DNA of 63,957 nucleotides, the filler included, from Neolecta irregularis DAH-3 (lineage: Eukaryota): assembly GCA_001929475.1 (NCBI GenBank). It is 8 parts of 8 records of this genome, joined end to end, with 100 filler letters (N's around TTAATTAATTAA, not from the genome) between each part and the next. Parts side by side here need not be neighbours in the genome. Positions count along the whole stretch, not along the records: positions 51,102 to 53,618 come from LXFE01000245.1; positions 53,719 to 58,351 come from LXFE01002788.1; positions 58,452 to 59,966 come from LXFE01002789.1; positions 60,067 to 62,848 come from LXFE01002791.1; positions 62,949 to 63,957 come from LXFE01000266.1; 3 more parts are not named here. The stretch is one strand, 5' to 3'. This document shows positions 52,740 through 63,815 of this stretch, one piece after another. The notes under the pieces were generated by a model. That model searched no databases, was not told the DNA's origin, and saw nothing but the letters and a program-made list of their open reading frames with translations. The position numbers and the translations under genes are program-made. Positions within the stretch are counted from its first letter, which is position 1. Every line of letters begins with the position of its first letter.

Positions 52740-53618
52740 ATGCCCAGAGTACGACACACGCAATTACTATTTGCAATCTTTGTCGTTACTTTGTTTTGGA
52801 TAATCACAATATCAGGCTCTGGTGAAACTTATCCGCCGTTACGATATGCGCAGAAGTTTTCAGATCAATTCAAGTATGCTGGAACGCTAGATTTCAAAGA
52901 GTCATCACAGCAAGCCGATGAACAAACCCCTACAAACTCCGAGAGTTTTACAGAAATCTTAGATGATGTAGATTCCCATAATCTCATCGTCAAACATAGT
53001 AAAGGAGAAACCGTCGTCCTCGTTCTGGCCAGTAATGGAGGAGGCAATCAGGGTGACATAGAAGGATTGCTGGAAATGGTAGTCGAAGATCGTACATCCT
53101 ATGCCAAACGACACGGTTATGGGTTTTTCTACACGAACACAGATCGATATAACGCCGGCGATATGCATCCTGCATGGCTCAAATCTAAAGCAATCAGTGA
53201 AGCAATGATGACCTTCCCGAAAGCTTCATGGTTTTGGTGGCTCGACCAAGACGCAATCATTATGACGCCAAGTCTTTCAATCGAAGCAGCGCTGCTGAAT
53301 CCAAAAATCTTAGGCCAAAAGCTTCTTTCCCTTGAAAAGTATATAAGGGAAGGCATACCAGATGCATTTTCGCCAGAAGTTTATAACCTTGATAAAGTCG
53401 ACCTCATCTTTAGTCAAGACCACAACGGCCTTAATACTGGCTCCATGCTCATTCGAAGGAGTTTATGGACTGATATTGTTCTTGATCTTTGGAATAATCC
53501 AGATCTTGTACAAGCAACTGAATTCGGTAAAGAACAAGATCTTATAAGAGATCTGCTAGTGCGTCATGATACCTTTCGAACTCATGCTGGAATTGTTCAA
53601 CAGCGATTGATCAATGCG
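52740..53618 (+). CDS. GT34 family alpha-1,2-galactosyl/alpha-1,6-mannosyltransferase (Gma12/Mnn10-like), N-terminal part
   Basis: Type II TM anchor, YAKRHGY, AWLK, WFWWLDQDAII (DxD), QDHNGLNTGSMLIR, EQD and QRLINA. Confidence 0.93.
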
Positions 53619-53718
53619 NNNNNNNNNNNNNNNNNNNNNNNNNNNNNNNNNNNNNNNNNNNNTTAATTAATTAANNNNNNNNNNNNNNNNNNNNNNNNNN
53701 NNNNNNNNNNNNNNNNNN

Positions 53719-54434
53719 AAATCAACGCTTTGAGAATGATACTCAAACACTCTAGTCGACGAAAGAATAGTCAAATTGAATAACGAACGCACCAAGGATA
53801 TATCAATAACAGGGCCATATGACACCGACGAAATTGATGATTGAGGGCCGTTTAAATAGACACTAAGAAATTCCAGGTCTCCTGGCAAATAACAAGATTG
53901 AGCAACAAGGAAGTCTTGAGCGTCCTTGTTCGATAATCGAGACTCATAGCTATACCGTTGACCACTAACTGGATCTTTCCGCGGAAAGGCCAGACATTCA
54001 ATCAACGTGGAAGTCGAAATATTCACTTTCTTCACCTTTCCCGACCTTAAAATCTGACAAACGAGATCCCGGTAATGAGGAATATGAAGCAAAGGGTACT
54101 CCACATTCAATTTCTGGACGTTGCAAATACGACGAGGCTCAAGGGGATAAACAAAACAAAATTTCTTTATCAAGCCTAAATTGATCAATGGTAATGAACG
54201 CACAAGATCAAAAGTTCGCCAAGTTTTCGCTGAATATATCACAGTTCGCCACAGCCGGCATACCGAACCAAGCACAAGGTACGACTCGCATCCTAGATAA
54301 CCGAAAATCTGAATAAGAAGTTCAGGTACAAGCGACTGCGCCAGCGATGAGAGCTTTGAGTTAGAAAAGACCACATTAGAAAAGCATACCTCGTTGTTCA
54401 TCTTGCGATAGAACAGCGACAGTCTACTCAACAT
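53719..54434 (-). CDS. F-box protein (3'-truncated by a gap)
   Basis: LVPELLIQIFGYL..YLVLGSVCRLWR F-box motif. Confidence 0.75.
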
Positions 54435-56589
54435 CGTCTCGCAAATTCATGGGACTCTGGGTTCTTTTNNNNNNNNNNAATAACCAAAAATCTGAATAAG
54501 AAGTTCAGGTACAAGCGACTGCGCCGGCGATGAGAGCTTTGAGTTAGAAAAGACCACATTAGAAAAGCATACCTCGTTGCGATAGAACAGCGACAGTCTA
54601 CTCAACATCGTCTCGCAAATTCATGGGACTCTGGGTTCTTTTAAAGCGGAAACGATCTCCACGGACCGCTGATGAACCAATTTGAAACTCTTAGCAGGCT
54701 ATTCGCCGCTTTATATTATTCAAACTAAGTGAAGAATGATCATCAATTATGCCTGCTGTACAGTCACTCAAATTTTGTGTCTAGACTTAGCAATCAGGCT
54801 AGTCCATGTTCAAGATGTGTCATTCGTGTTTGTCCTTTTATTTATGACTAATATCTATATCATTGTGGCACAAGATAGATTTGTATCTTCTTCGACTCGA
54901 CTTTCTTCGGAATATTTGTATTCCCCAAGAATCCTTGTGTCATGTTTCTACTGCCACAAATATCTCAAGATATCTTTTCGGAATCTTGTTTACTTGATCC
55001 AGTGCTGGCAATAGGCCAAAGGTAAGATGGGCTTTTCCCAGGGTCAGGATTGTTCCCACACCAATCTCGGCATGGATATGTTCTCAAACATTGCATGTAG
55101 TATACTTGCAGTTGTCATGGCAATGCAAGGGTGTCGTCCTGCAGCCACCACTAGCATGTTGCAGCACAGGCCAGACTCGGGCAGCGGGCAGCAGCAGGCC
55201 TAGTAGACGGCCGAGTCGGCAGTCTGCGTAGTTTCGAGGCGCCGCCGGGTGCGTACTGTCTCCTGAAATTAATACAATCGTTCATCCTATCTAATCGCAC
55301 GTGAGATAGCCCGGCCCATTGCCAACACTGCCTACAGCGCCCAACCAAGGTCGTGTGCTGACACATCTAGAATATTTCTTTTTTTGTCAAGCCTATAGTC
55401 AGTCGACAGCCGCATCCATCTGTATCAGATTGAGCTGAATCTGTTTTAAGACGCATCTGACTGTTCCACAATATTTCCGTTTTTGTCATAAATATTCATG
55501 TGGCATGCATGTTTCAAGCCAGCAGTCAGATGCCCCTTGGAGCACGGACGACTGTTACCCCTCTTTAAACACCCTAACCCATCACCGTAAGCTTCTCGCT
55601 CCGGTAGTTTTCATACAATTTGTCGTTCTTGTTCGTCAGGATAAGCATTTTCCACAACTTGACAGACTCCAGTAGACCTCGGTGGCTCCCTCGTCATCTG
55701 GCGAATTGATCAAGAAGATCATGCTCTTTCAAAGCTATCTGCTTCTGTAACTATCAGCCATTAGCACGTTGTTCATGGCCATCTAGATTGTTCTCGGAGG
55801 AGACGTATGCTACTCAGCACCCAGTTCTCTCATGCCGTCTCTCGCCACTCTCCACCGCACCCTCTTGACCTTTGCTCGCCTCTACGCCCCTCCGAGCCCC
55901 CGGCCACTTGCCCAGTCTGCGCCCTGCCGACTGGGATCTCCAGCTGCTGCCGCCCTTCCTCTCTCTCGTCGCCGTCCTCTTTGCCCCCGCCCCGCCGCTG
56001 ATCGCCTCTTCCATGTTCCCCGATGGATACTGCACTGCTACGCCTTTGCCGCCCACCTGCTCTTTGCAAAGCCAAAGGTCCCGCCCTGTCTAGCCCCGCT
56101 CCCGCCAGGCACCCGAGCCCCCGGCTGCCGACAACATTCCCGGCCTCCTCGCCCTGACCCGGGTTGCCAGACCCCCAACTGTCAGTGAAGAGTCTATGTG
56201 GAAGTAGGTCGTTCGCTGTATGATGGCGACCACTTTCCACATAGGTACTAATGATATACGAACTACTTAGTGTTTGGGCTATGCGGCCCTCTTCCACCGT
56301 GGACATGGCTGTCCCTCTCTTCCCCACTATCCAGGCTCACTCTGGGAGGGTATCTCCGTCACACTCCCCATCAAAATCAATCTCAATCACAATCTCCGAA
56401 TATGAGCGCAAAGTCTGGGGTACGCCCAGTCTTTGCTCATCAAAACAATGAATTATAAATACTGGACGTTTGGGAAAGGGAACTGCCAGGAAAGTCAGCA
56501 AACCAAGTTACAAGACTTGGTAGACTTCAATCTCGATGATATTGAATATTAAAACCAATTAAACCCATGATAACTTGTACATAGATATC

Positions 56590-57336
56590 TCACTCCTCTG
56601 GTGGTTCTGTATATCTAAACCTTCTTGTTTCTTGAAAGCAAGCATCAAAGAGTTTGATTAACGGTCCGCCGGGAACAGGTTTTTGCTTTACCGACCAAAG
56701 AAGATCTTTTGGATTTGTAACATTGTTATTGATGAAAGACCTCCAAACTTCTGGACCAAGGGCAAACAACTTCAACATTTCAGCCTTGGTTTTATCTGTG
56801 TCATCCGGATTATATATTCGAACCATCGGAATTGCAATTTTCCACATCAGGGTGTTAAACGAAGATTCTTTAACATAGTGAAGGCCCATAACTTTTTCAA
56901 AGTAGCGAAATATCGCGCGTTTGTTATACTGGATGGATCTATCATCTTCATGTTGATTCCATGATTTCCGTGCCAAAGCCCAGCACCCAGCAATGCAGAC
57001 TGCCCACTGACTTCGATCATCTCCATCCTCCTCATCCACCCACCAATCAGGATTTTCGATGATAATTGACCTTACAAGATCTCCACGCAACGTTGTGCGA
57101 TATACGCGTTCCAGTTGATCCATTTTCTCATTTTGGTAAGCGACGAACAAGCTAGTGTAGATAGCATCTCGGTGCATGGCATAAAGACATTGTAGGGAAA
57201 TGACATTTTTATTAAGTTCGACTGATCGATTGAATTTGCGATTGACCTGCCTAAACCGAGCAATAGAGATTGGGTCCTGGATATATAGAGCTACAGTGCG
57301 GATGATTTCGTTAGGAAGATCAGTGATCAGTGTCAT
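56590..57336 (-). CDS. F-box-like protein
   Basis: N-terminal ITDLPNEIIRTVALYI..FRQVNRKF; intronless, 248 aa. Confidence 0.7.
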   Translation of the reverse strand: MTLITDLPNEIIRTVALYIQDPISIARFRQVNRKFNRSVELNKNVISLQCLYAMHRDAIYTSLFVAYQNEKMDQLERVYRTTLRGDLVRSIIIENPDWWVDEEDGDDRSQWAVCIAGCWALARKSWNQHEDDRSIQYNKRAIFRYFEKVMGLHYVKESSFNTLMWKIAIPMVRIYNPDDTDKTKAEMLKLFALGPEVWRSFINNNVTNPKDLLWSVKQKPVPGGPLIKLFDACFQETRRFRYTEPPEE

Positions 57337-57599
57337 CCTGAGGGGTGAAGTTCCAGTAATTTTTAAATCATCGTTGAGATAAGCTCACCACCTTAAAGGA
57401 AGCCCTTCCAAAAAAAACCCCTGCGGCAATCCACAATACGTGTGAGCGGACCCTGGAAATCTCGCAATGTGACATCAAATACGTTCTAGGACGTGCCATC
57501 ATTTTGCTAATTCAATGCTCAGACCACAGCCAAAATCTGGTTCCCTGGGTTCTATTCGCGCGTTCGGCTGACTCAGGACTAAGGGGTGTCTAGGAATAA

Positions 57600-58130
57600 T
57601 TTGCCTAATGATCACTTGCTACTTTGTAAGGGTATATCCTCTGGTATACCCTCACCAATAGGGAAAGAGGGGAATATTATGGCTGCTCCATCCATAATGT
57701 AAAACATGCGAAATGTGAAGGGAAATAGTCTCTTATACTTCTAAATTCAAGGCAAGTTTTTTCTATAGCACCATGGTTGAGATATTGATGAGCCTTTCAA
57801 ATCCAATTGTATGCAGTATAGGATTTTGGCACTTTCCTGGGGTTCATTTGCTGTTGAAAGACATAAAAAGTACCCTTCATTGTTGATTTGGTACCTAGTT
57901 TTCCCCTGGTATCTTTCATAGTGTTGAGATTTATACTCATCCTTACCAATCTCCTGCTTACTAGGAATAGACTCTTGTATAAGTTGCTTATAGTACTTGT
58001 ACCAATTGTACCTCAGACAATCAAAAAGGATTGGGTTCTTTGAATTGGCCACATAATTCACAAGGTACCACTCAAATGCTTTAATAGTCAGGTCTGTGAA
58101 TAGTGTTGCTGGTTCTCATAGAGGTGGATC
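57600..58130 (-). mobile_element. Degenerate TE relic with an integrase zinc-binding (HHCC-type) remnant
   Basis: Frameshifted and stop-containing reading WI*KAHQYLNHGAIEKT; strong CpG depletion. Confidence 0.4.
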
Positions 58131-58506
58131 GTGGATAACAGGCATCTAGGTGGGTATAAGCAAGGCTTTGGGTAGGGGTGGTGGCAGTAGTTATTTCCCG
58201 GTTCGCGTGTTTTACATTTCACGCGGAGCACAGTAGTCGTAGAAGAGAATAAAGTAGACATAGAATACCACTTAGACTAGGCATGTTTTTTGTAGAAGTT
58301 ACAACAGTTAGACTAGAATACACTCTGGTTTTATTTGCAACTTCGAGAGCTNNNNNNNNNNNNNNNNNNNNNNNNNNNNNNNNNNNNNNNNNNNNTTAAT
58401 TAATTAANNNNNNNNNNNNNNNNNNNNNNNNNNNNNNNNNNNNNNNNNNNNTAATATTCATGCATGACAAAGAACTATCCATGACTCCAAATGATACCAA
58501 ATAAAG

Positions 58507-58870
58507 ATGAATGAATGAATGAATGAATGAAGGAAGGAAGGAATGAATGAATGAATGAAACGAATGAAATGAAACGAAATGAATCAATCAATCAACAACC
58601 AACAACCAACAACCAACAACCAACAATCAACAATCAACAATCAACAACCAACAACCAACAACCAACAATCAACAACCAACAACCAACAACCAACAACCAA
58701 CAACCAATCAACAATCAACAACCAACAACCAACAACCACAACCAATCAATCACTCGCCAAATCAAATAATGCAAATGGAACCAGTTCANNNNNNNNNNAC
58801 AACAACCAACAACCACAACCAATCAATCACTCGCCAAATCAAATAATGCAAATGGAACCAGTTCAGCCGC
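58507..58870. repeat. Low-complexity (GAAT)n tract followed by degenerate 7-mer (AACAACC/AACAATC)n
   Basis: Directly visible; the tail is duplicated across the 10-N gap at 58789-58798. Confidence 0.92.
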
Positions 58871-59063
58871 AAAGTCAATAAAACGTGTAATAAAAGACAA
58901 AAATAGGGTTCAAGAGAATCCGTAATAATATGCGATATATATCGTCCTATAGAGTAACTTTTTTCATGGTCCCTTGAAGACTAGATATTTCTGGAACTTG
59001 TGGTCATGCTGATTTCCCAAACATGTTGATCTTGCGCGGTAGATTTCCGAGCAGGTTGCAAGA

Positions 59064-59966
59064 CTAGATTTCAACGTTATTGGTGGTGGTGTCGGAAAGA
59101 CTAGATATTTCGGGGGCACTTTTCATGCGGTGGACTACTCTTCTTTCGCCTACTGTTTCGATGTCGCCGTCGTCGTCTGCTATTTGGAGAAGTGTTTCTG
59201 CGCCGTGGATGGAATTTTGGAGGATTTCGATGTAGCTTTGGCGGGTGGGGTCGCGTTGCCTCTTTTTCTTCTTTTTCTGGCGCTGTCTGTCTGGGCGGAC
59301 GACGATGACGGGGACGGGGGAGTGCTGGAGGCAGTATTTTGAGATTGAGCCCGGGAGGAGGGACTGGATGCCTTTGTCGCGGCCGCGGGAGCCGACGACG
59401 AGCGAGTCTGGGTGGTATATTTCGATCTGGGGGGGATTAGCGGGGAGCGGTCAAGGGGGGATGCCATTTCCTGGAGCTTGTCCTGGACCTTGCCGACGTG
59501 GAACTCTACGACGAGGTCAAAGGCCCTGTCCTCGTCGCCGCGCAGCATGGTGGAGCGCAGGATGTCGCGGGCGGCGCGGCGGTAGGAGGGCTCGCCGCCG
59601 GCCTCGATGGACTCTGCGAGCTTTGAGCCGGGGTCGACGACTCTGAGGATGACGATCTCGTCGCCGTCCTCGGCGAGGGCCTCGACGAGCCAGTCGATGG
59701 CGGACTCTGAGTAGTCGTTCTGGTCTGTGCCGACGAGGAAGGTCCTGCTGCGGCGGGAGTACTTGAAGTCTGCGTGCTTTGCGCGGAGGGTGAAGCCGCT
59801 GAGGTCCTTGTTGTGCAGGATGTCGAAGCCGACGCGGGGCGAGTAGTTTGTGAGGGCGGAGGGCGGGCTGCGCGAGCGGCGCAGGGTGTCTGTGGCGGGC
59901 AGCAGCGGCGGCGGCGGCAGCGGCAGCGCGGGCGGCTCGGGCAGGTCGTGCGAGGGCGCGCGCGAG
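59064..59966 (-). CDS. Universal stress protein (USP) domain protein; 5'-truncated by a gap
   Basis: RVGFD, RRSRTFLVGTDQNDYSESAIDW..DGDEIVILRV, VGKV, LVVGSRGR and SISKYCLQHSPVPVIVVRP. Confidence 0.9.
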
Positions 59967-60066
59967 NNNNNNNNNNNNNNNNNNNNNNNNNNNNNNNNNN
60001 NNNNNNNNNNTTAATTAATTAANNNNNNNNNNNNNNNNNNNNNNNNNNNNNNNNNNNNNNNNNNNN

Positions 60067-62737
60067 AGACGTCGAGAACCGTAAAGTCTTGCACTCTTGA
60101 ACAAGTTTAGGGACAGAGTACTGCTCATCGTATATGCGGACATCAAACGCGCCTCGAAGAGTCTGAAACAAGTCAGTTTGACGTAGTTGGAGAGATAGAC
60201 CCCGAGGAAACGTCCTGCATCGGCACCTTGAATAAATCCAGTTCCGTTTGGATCAAATTTTCGCCAACTTTTTTTGAATCTCCGAAGTTCTGTCCTCGTT
60301 ACGTTGCTCAGTTTTCCAGTTTTTTGGTATACGTAAGAAAAGCTGTCATAAACAACGGTGACCAGCTAGACAGTCAGCAACCCCAGTCTGGAAAGAGATA
60401 CCATGTTTACAAAGATATACATGCTGATGATATTCCAAGAGATGAACAATGTAAACGCCCTAGAGTGAATATTCATTCTGGGCATTGAAATTATACCACG
60501 GCGCACTTCCACAGTCACTCAAAAAAAAGTTGTCTGATCCAACACAATATGGTTCCTCTACGGTAAAATCGTGCATAATAGCATTCCAGCCTTCTCTACT
60601 GACTCAGTGCATTTAAAAAGTTGGACGAACCCTGCAGACATTCGAAAGAGGAGAACCAAGGCATTTGACATTGTTCGAAAATTGACCTGTCCCATGGAAT
60701 ATTTTCCCGTTCGAGTCAACCCTGAAATCAGTTGCAAATCGAGAGAAATGTACCAAATATCTGGTTGAATGCAATAGCGTACATGACGTAAAACACAAGC
60801 CAAGTGAGCAATAGATTGGCGATGGCGGGAAGGGACGCAGCTGCAGTTTTGAAGAGTTGATCCAAGCTATCCACCTTGGCAATCAAATTGAGCACAACCT
60901 TTATTCAGATACAAATTAAGCAAGACATACCAAGACAAGAAACAGTTTCTGGAATTGACCAAGTAAACCTTGATTTAAACCAAATAGTGTAACTGAAGTA
61001 GTAATAGCGGTGCCAAAGATTGTAATACTAGATCATGAATAATACGAAAAAGGTCAGATTACCAATCAAAGATGTTCCAGCGACTACTGAAATAATTGCG
61101 GTAACCGAGTCCGGTAATGCGAACAACGATATTGGCAAGATATATAACGACGAGAAAGAGAAACGCCAAATCTATCAATTAGATCAGATACGTACGAGAC
61201 AAACCTCTGACTTTATCATACGCATATGAAGATGGATAGAATTCAGCCATTAGTAAAAAAATATGAATGAGATAAACGGCAGTGATAAACCGTGACCAAC
61301 CTCCCTTTTTAGAAACGGCTCTCTCGTAGCACCATGCTTTCCAAGATTTACTACAAGGCTCCATAGGCCGTCTAGAAGGATGCATTTGATATAATATTTT
61401 CTTGAGTTCTCTCCATGATCGCTGCTCAGACGTCAAAAAAGCACCACCCGATTTTTCCGTATAATTTCGAATAATTATAGAAACGAACAGCTGCAAAACA
61501 AAGACTGCGCCAAGTAAATTAAAGGCCACGAAAAATAATGCGTTTCCTGGCGTTGAGTAGTCTTGAGGAGCTTGGTCGCGTCCGGTGATGGCCATAGCCG
61601 CTTCCATAACATCAATCCATCCTAAACATTAACAAAAGTCTAAAAATAAGCATACCTTCTTGCGATACAATCTCGAATAATAAAAGGAGAGATCCGCCAA
61701 ATGTGTCAAAGCTCCAATATGCAACATGGTCCCAAGATCTGGGTGCCCATACGTCCCATTGAAACGGCGACGACGAATATTCATTGACACACTGCGTTAT
61801 ATTCGCGACTGCATTACTTGAATCGTTGCAAGTATACATCGTCCCATTAAAAATGTTGAGTCCTAGGATAAGAAACGAGCAATTTTGATAATACCCCAGA
61901 TTGCAAACGGGATTAATAAACTGATTGAAACGACCGCAGCCTAGCATTAGTAAAGAAACAAAACGAATCATACTCCGAGTATATTCCAGAATCCACTGAT
62001 GATGACATGATGAAACGTATCGCGAGCGGTACTGCTAATATTCACCAAGCGCAATGCTCTGAGAGCTTTAAAAGCCCTAGACGCCCGTCCAAGTCCGCCC
62101 TGAGTGTTAACCACCACCAGCCAGCAAGATTACCAATCCAGTGAATTCTGCAATGACATTAATCCAAAGACTCACCAAAACAAAAAGGTCAATTTTGTTC
62201 CACAAATTTTTAAAATAGGCATTAGGAGTAGAATAGAATCCATCCGCAATGATCTTTACAACAGCTTCAAAAGTGAAGAAGGAAGCAAAAGCAACGTCAG
62301 CCCAAAGGAACCAAGCATTTTTCAAAGAACCATGTAAAGCAATATAGCGACGTTGATAAAAAGGGGTAGTTACACAAGCGATTAAGACGACTGCTACGAT
62401 CGAGGCGTAGGTTAGAGCGGATATAGCGTACCATAAATCGGCTCTAGGTTGACGTCCACTTTGACGATGGCCAACGCTGGGAGCAACCAAGCGTTGACAT
62501 GTAAGACGAATCGGGTTTCGTGTATCAAGACAGTATAGGGCTCTATCAAAGTTTGGGTTGGAAGTGAGATAGGCAGTTTGATCGGCTTTGAATTTAGCAT
62601 GGGCGTAGATGGCGTCGTGGGCGGCAGTAGTAGGATTCATTTGATTAACGAGTTGTCTGACGGGTGCTGAATTTGGATTAGATTTTGCCCAGCCGAGTTT
62701 TTGCAGAATCCGGATATGAAAGGGGGGATTTTGGGAT
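60067..62737 (-). CDS. CCH1: Voltage-gated-like Ca2+ channel Cch1, partial (repeats III-IV)
   Basis: [14 protein letters not shown]4 [11 protein letters not shown], pore [28 protein letters not shown] and [19 protein letters not shown]. Confidence 0.95.
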
Positions 62738-62996
62738 NNNNNNNNNNAGTAGTTGTAGAGATAGACCCCGAGGAAACGTCCCGCATCGGCACCTTGAATA
62801 AATCCAGTTCCGTTTGGATCAAATTTTCGCCAACTTTTTTTGAATCTCNNNNNNNNNNNNNNNNNNNNNNNNNNNNNNNNNNNNNNNNNNNNTTAATTAA
62901 TTAANNNNNNNNNNNNNNNNNNNNNNNNNNNNNNNNNNNNNNNNNNNNTTTTTCTTCATGACTAGCATTTATTTCCTTTATCTTAGTATCACTTAG

Positions 62997-63815
62997 GTTT
63001 TCCACCTCATAACGGCAGTTCCTGAAGAACTTAAAACTGACTTAGCTGGCACTTACCTTGAAAGTAATGCAGCTAGATGGTTTGAAAGTGTCAGGGACGA
63101 ATCACTTTCTTATGATGAATTCAAAGAACAGCTTAAAACAAATTTTTTACCATCAAATTACCAGAAATTACAATTACAAGAGTGGAATTCTATTAAACAG
63201 AAAGGAAGACCATTCACTAACTATGCCCTTGATGTTCGTAGATTATGGACAGAGATTGGCAGAGAAATCATCCCAGAAGAATTGGCGAGTGAAACTCTCC
63301 TGATGGGGATGAACCTTGATCTAAGGCTACAAGTCGAGCCTGGATTAAGAGACACTTCTTTTAATGATATAATCATAGCAGCAGAACGAGCAGATAATAT
63401 ACTAAGTCAACTAAAGAAATCGCGCAAACCTTATAGCAATGCTACATATATCAATACAACTACAAGCACAAGTTCGCGAGGATCTTTCAAAAAGTTAACA
63501 GACCAAGAACGCCAGTATATCACGGAAAATAATGGTTGTTTGAAATGCCAGAAGATCAACACAGGACATTGGGCATGGGAGTGTCCAGTACAATTCGATT
63601 CTGCAGGCTGTATAACGTCACGAGAAAACCTAAGTACCCCAGCGGTCACCACCAGAAAGCCCAATCCAAAACCTCAACAAGAAGGTCTACACACAATATC
63701 AGAAGCCAACCAAGAAAGAGAACTCACAGCGACACCAGAAACCCTGCATCAACTTACACTGGAGGATACTATTGAAGAGTTATCATCCGAAGTAGAGATA
63801 TCTTGCACAATGTAG
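62997..63815 (+). mobile_element. Ty3/Gypsy-type retrotransposon Gag (capsid plus zinc knuckle)
   Basis: One frame is open from 62997: YLESNAARWF..YDEFKEQL..F..LQEWNSIKQ..FTNY, then LTDQERQYITENNGCLKCQKINTGHWAWEC. There is an upstream in-frame TAG and no pol follows. Confidence 0.85.

Noticed and set aside
55807-56458. Several Pro/Ser/Arg-rich ORFs (similar ones at 51768-52399 and 47692-48644)
   Set aside because: Low-complexity translations of skewed or repeated DNA with no motif support.
58551-58881. Q/N-rich prion-like protein ORFs
   Set aside because: The 7-bp period gives the same peptide in all frames; it is a translated satellite.
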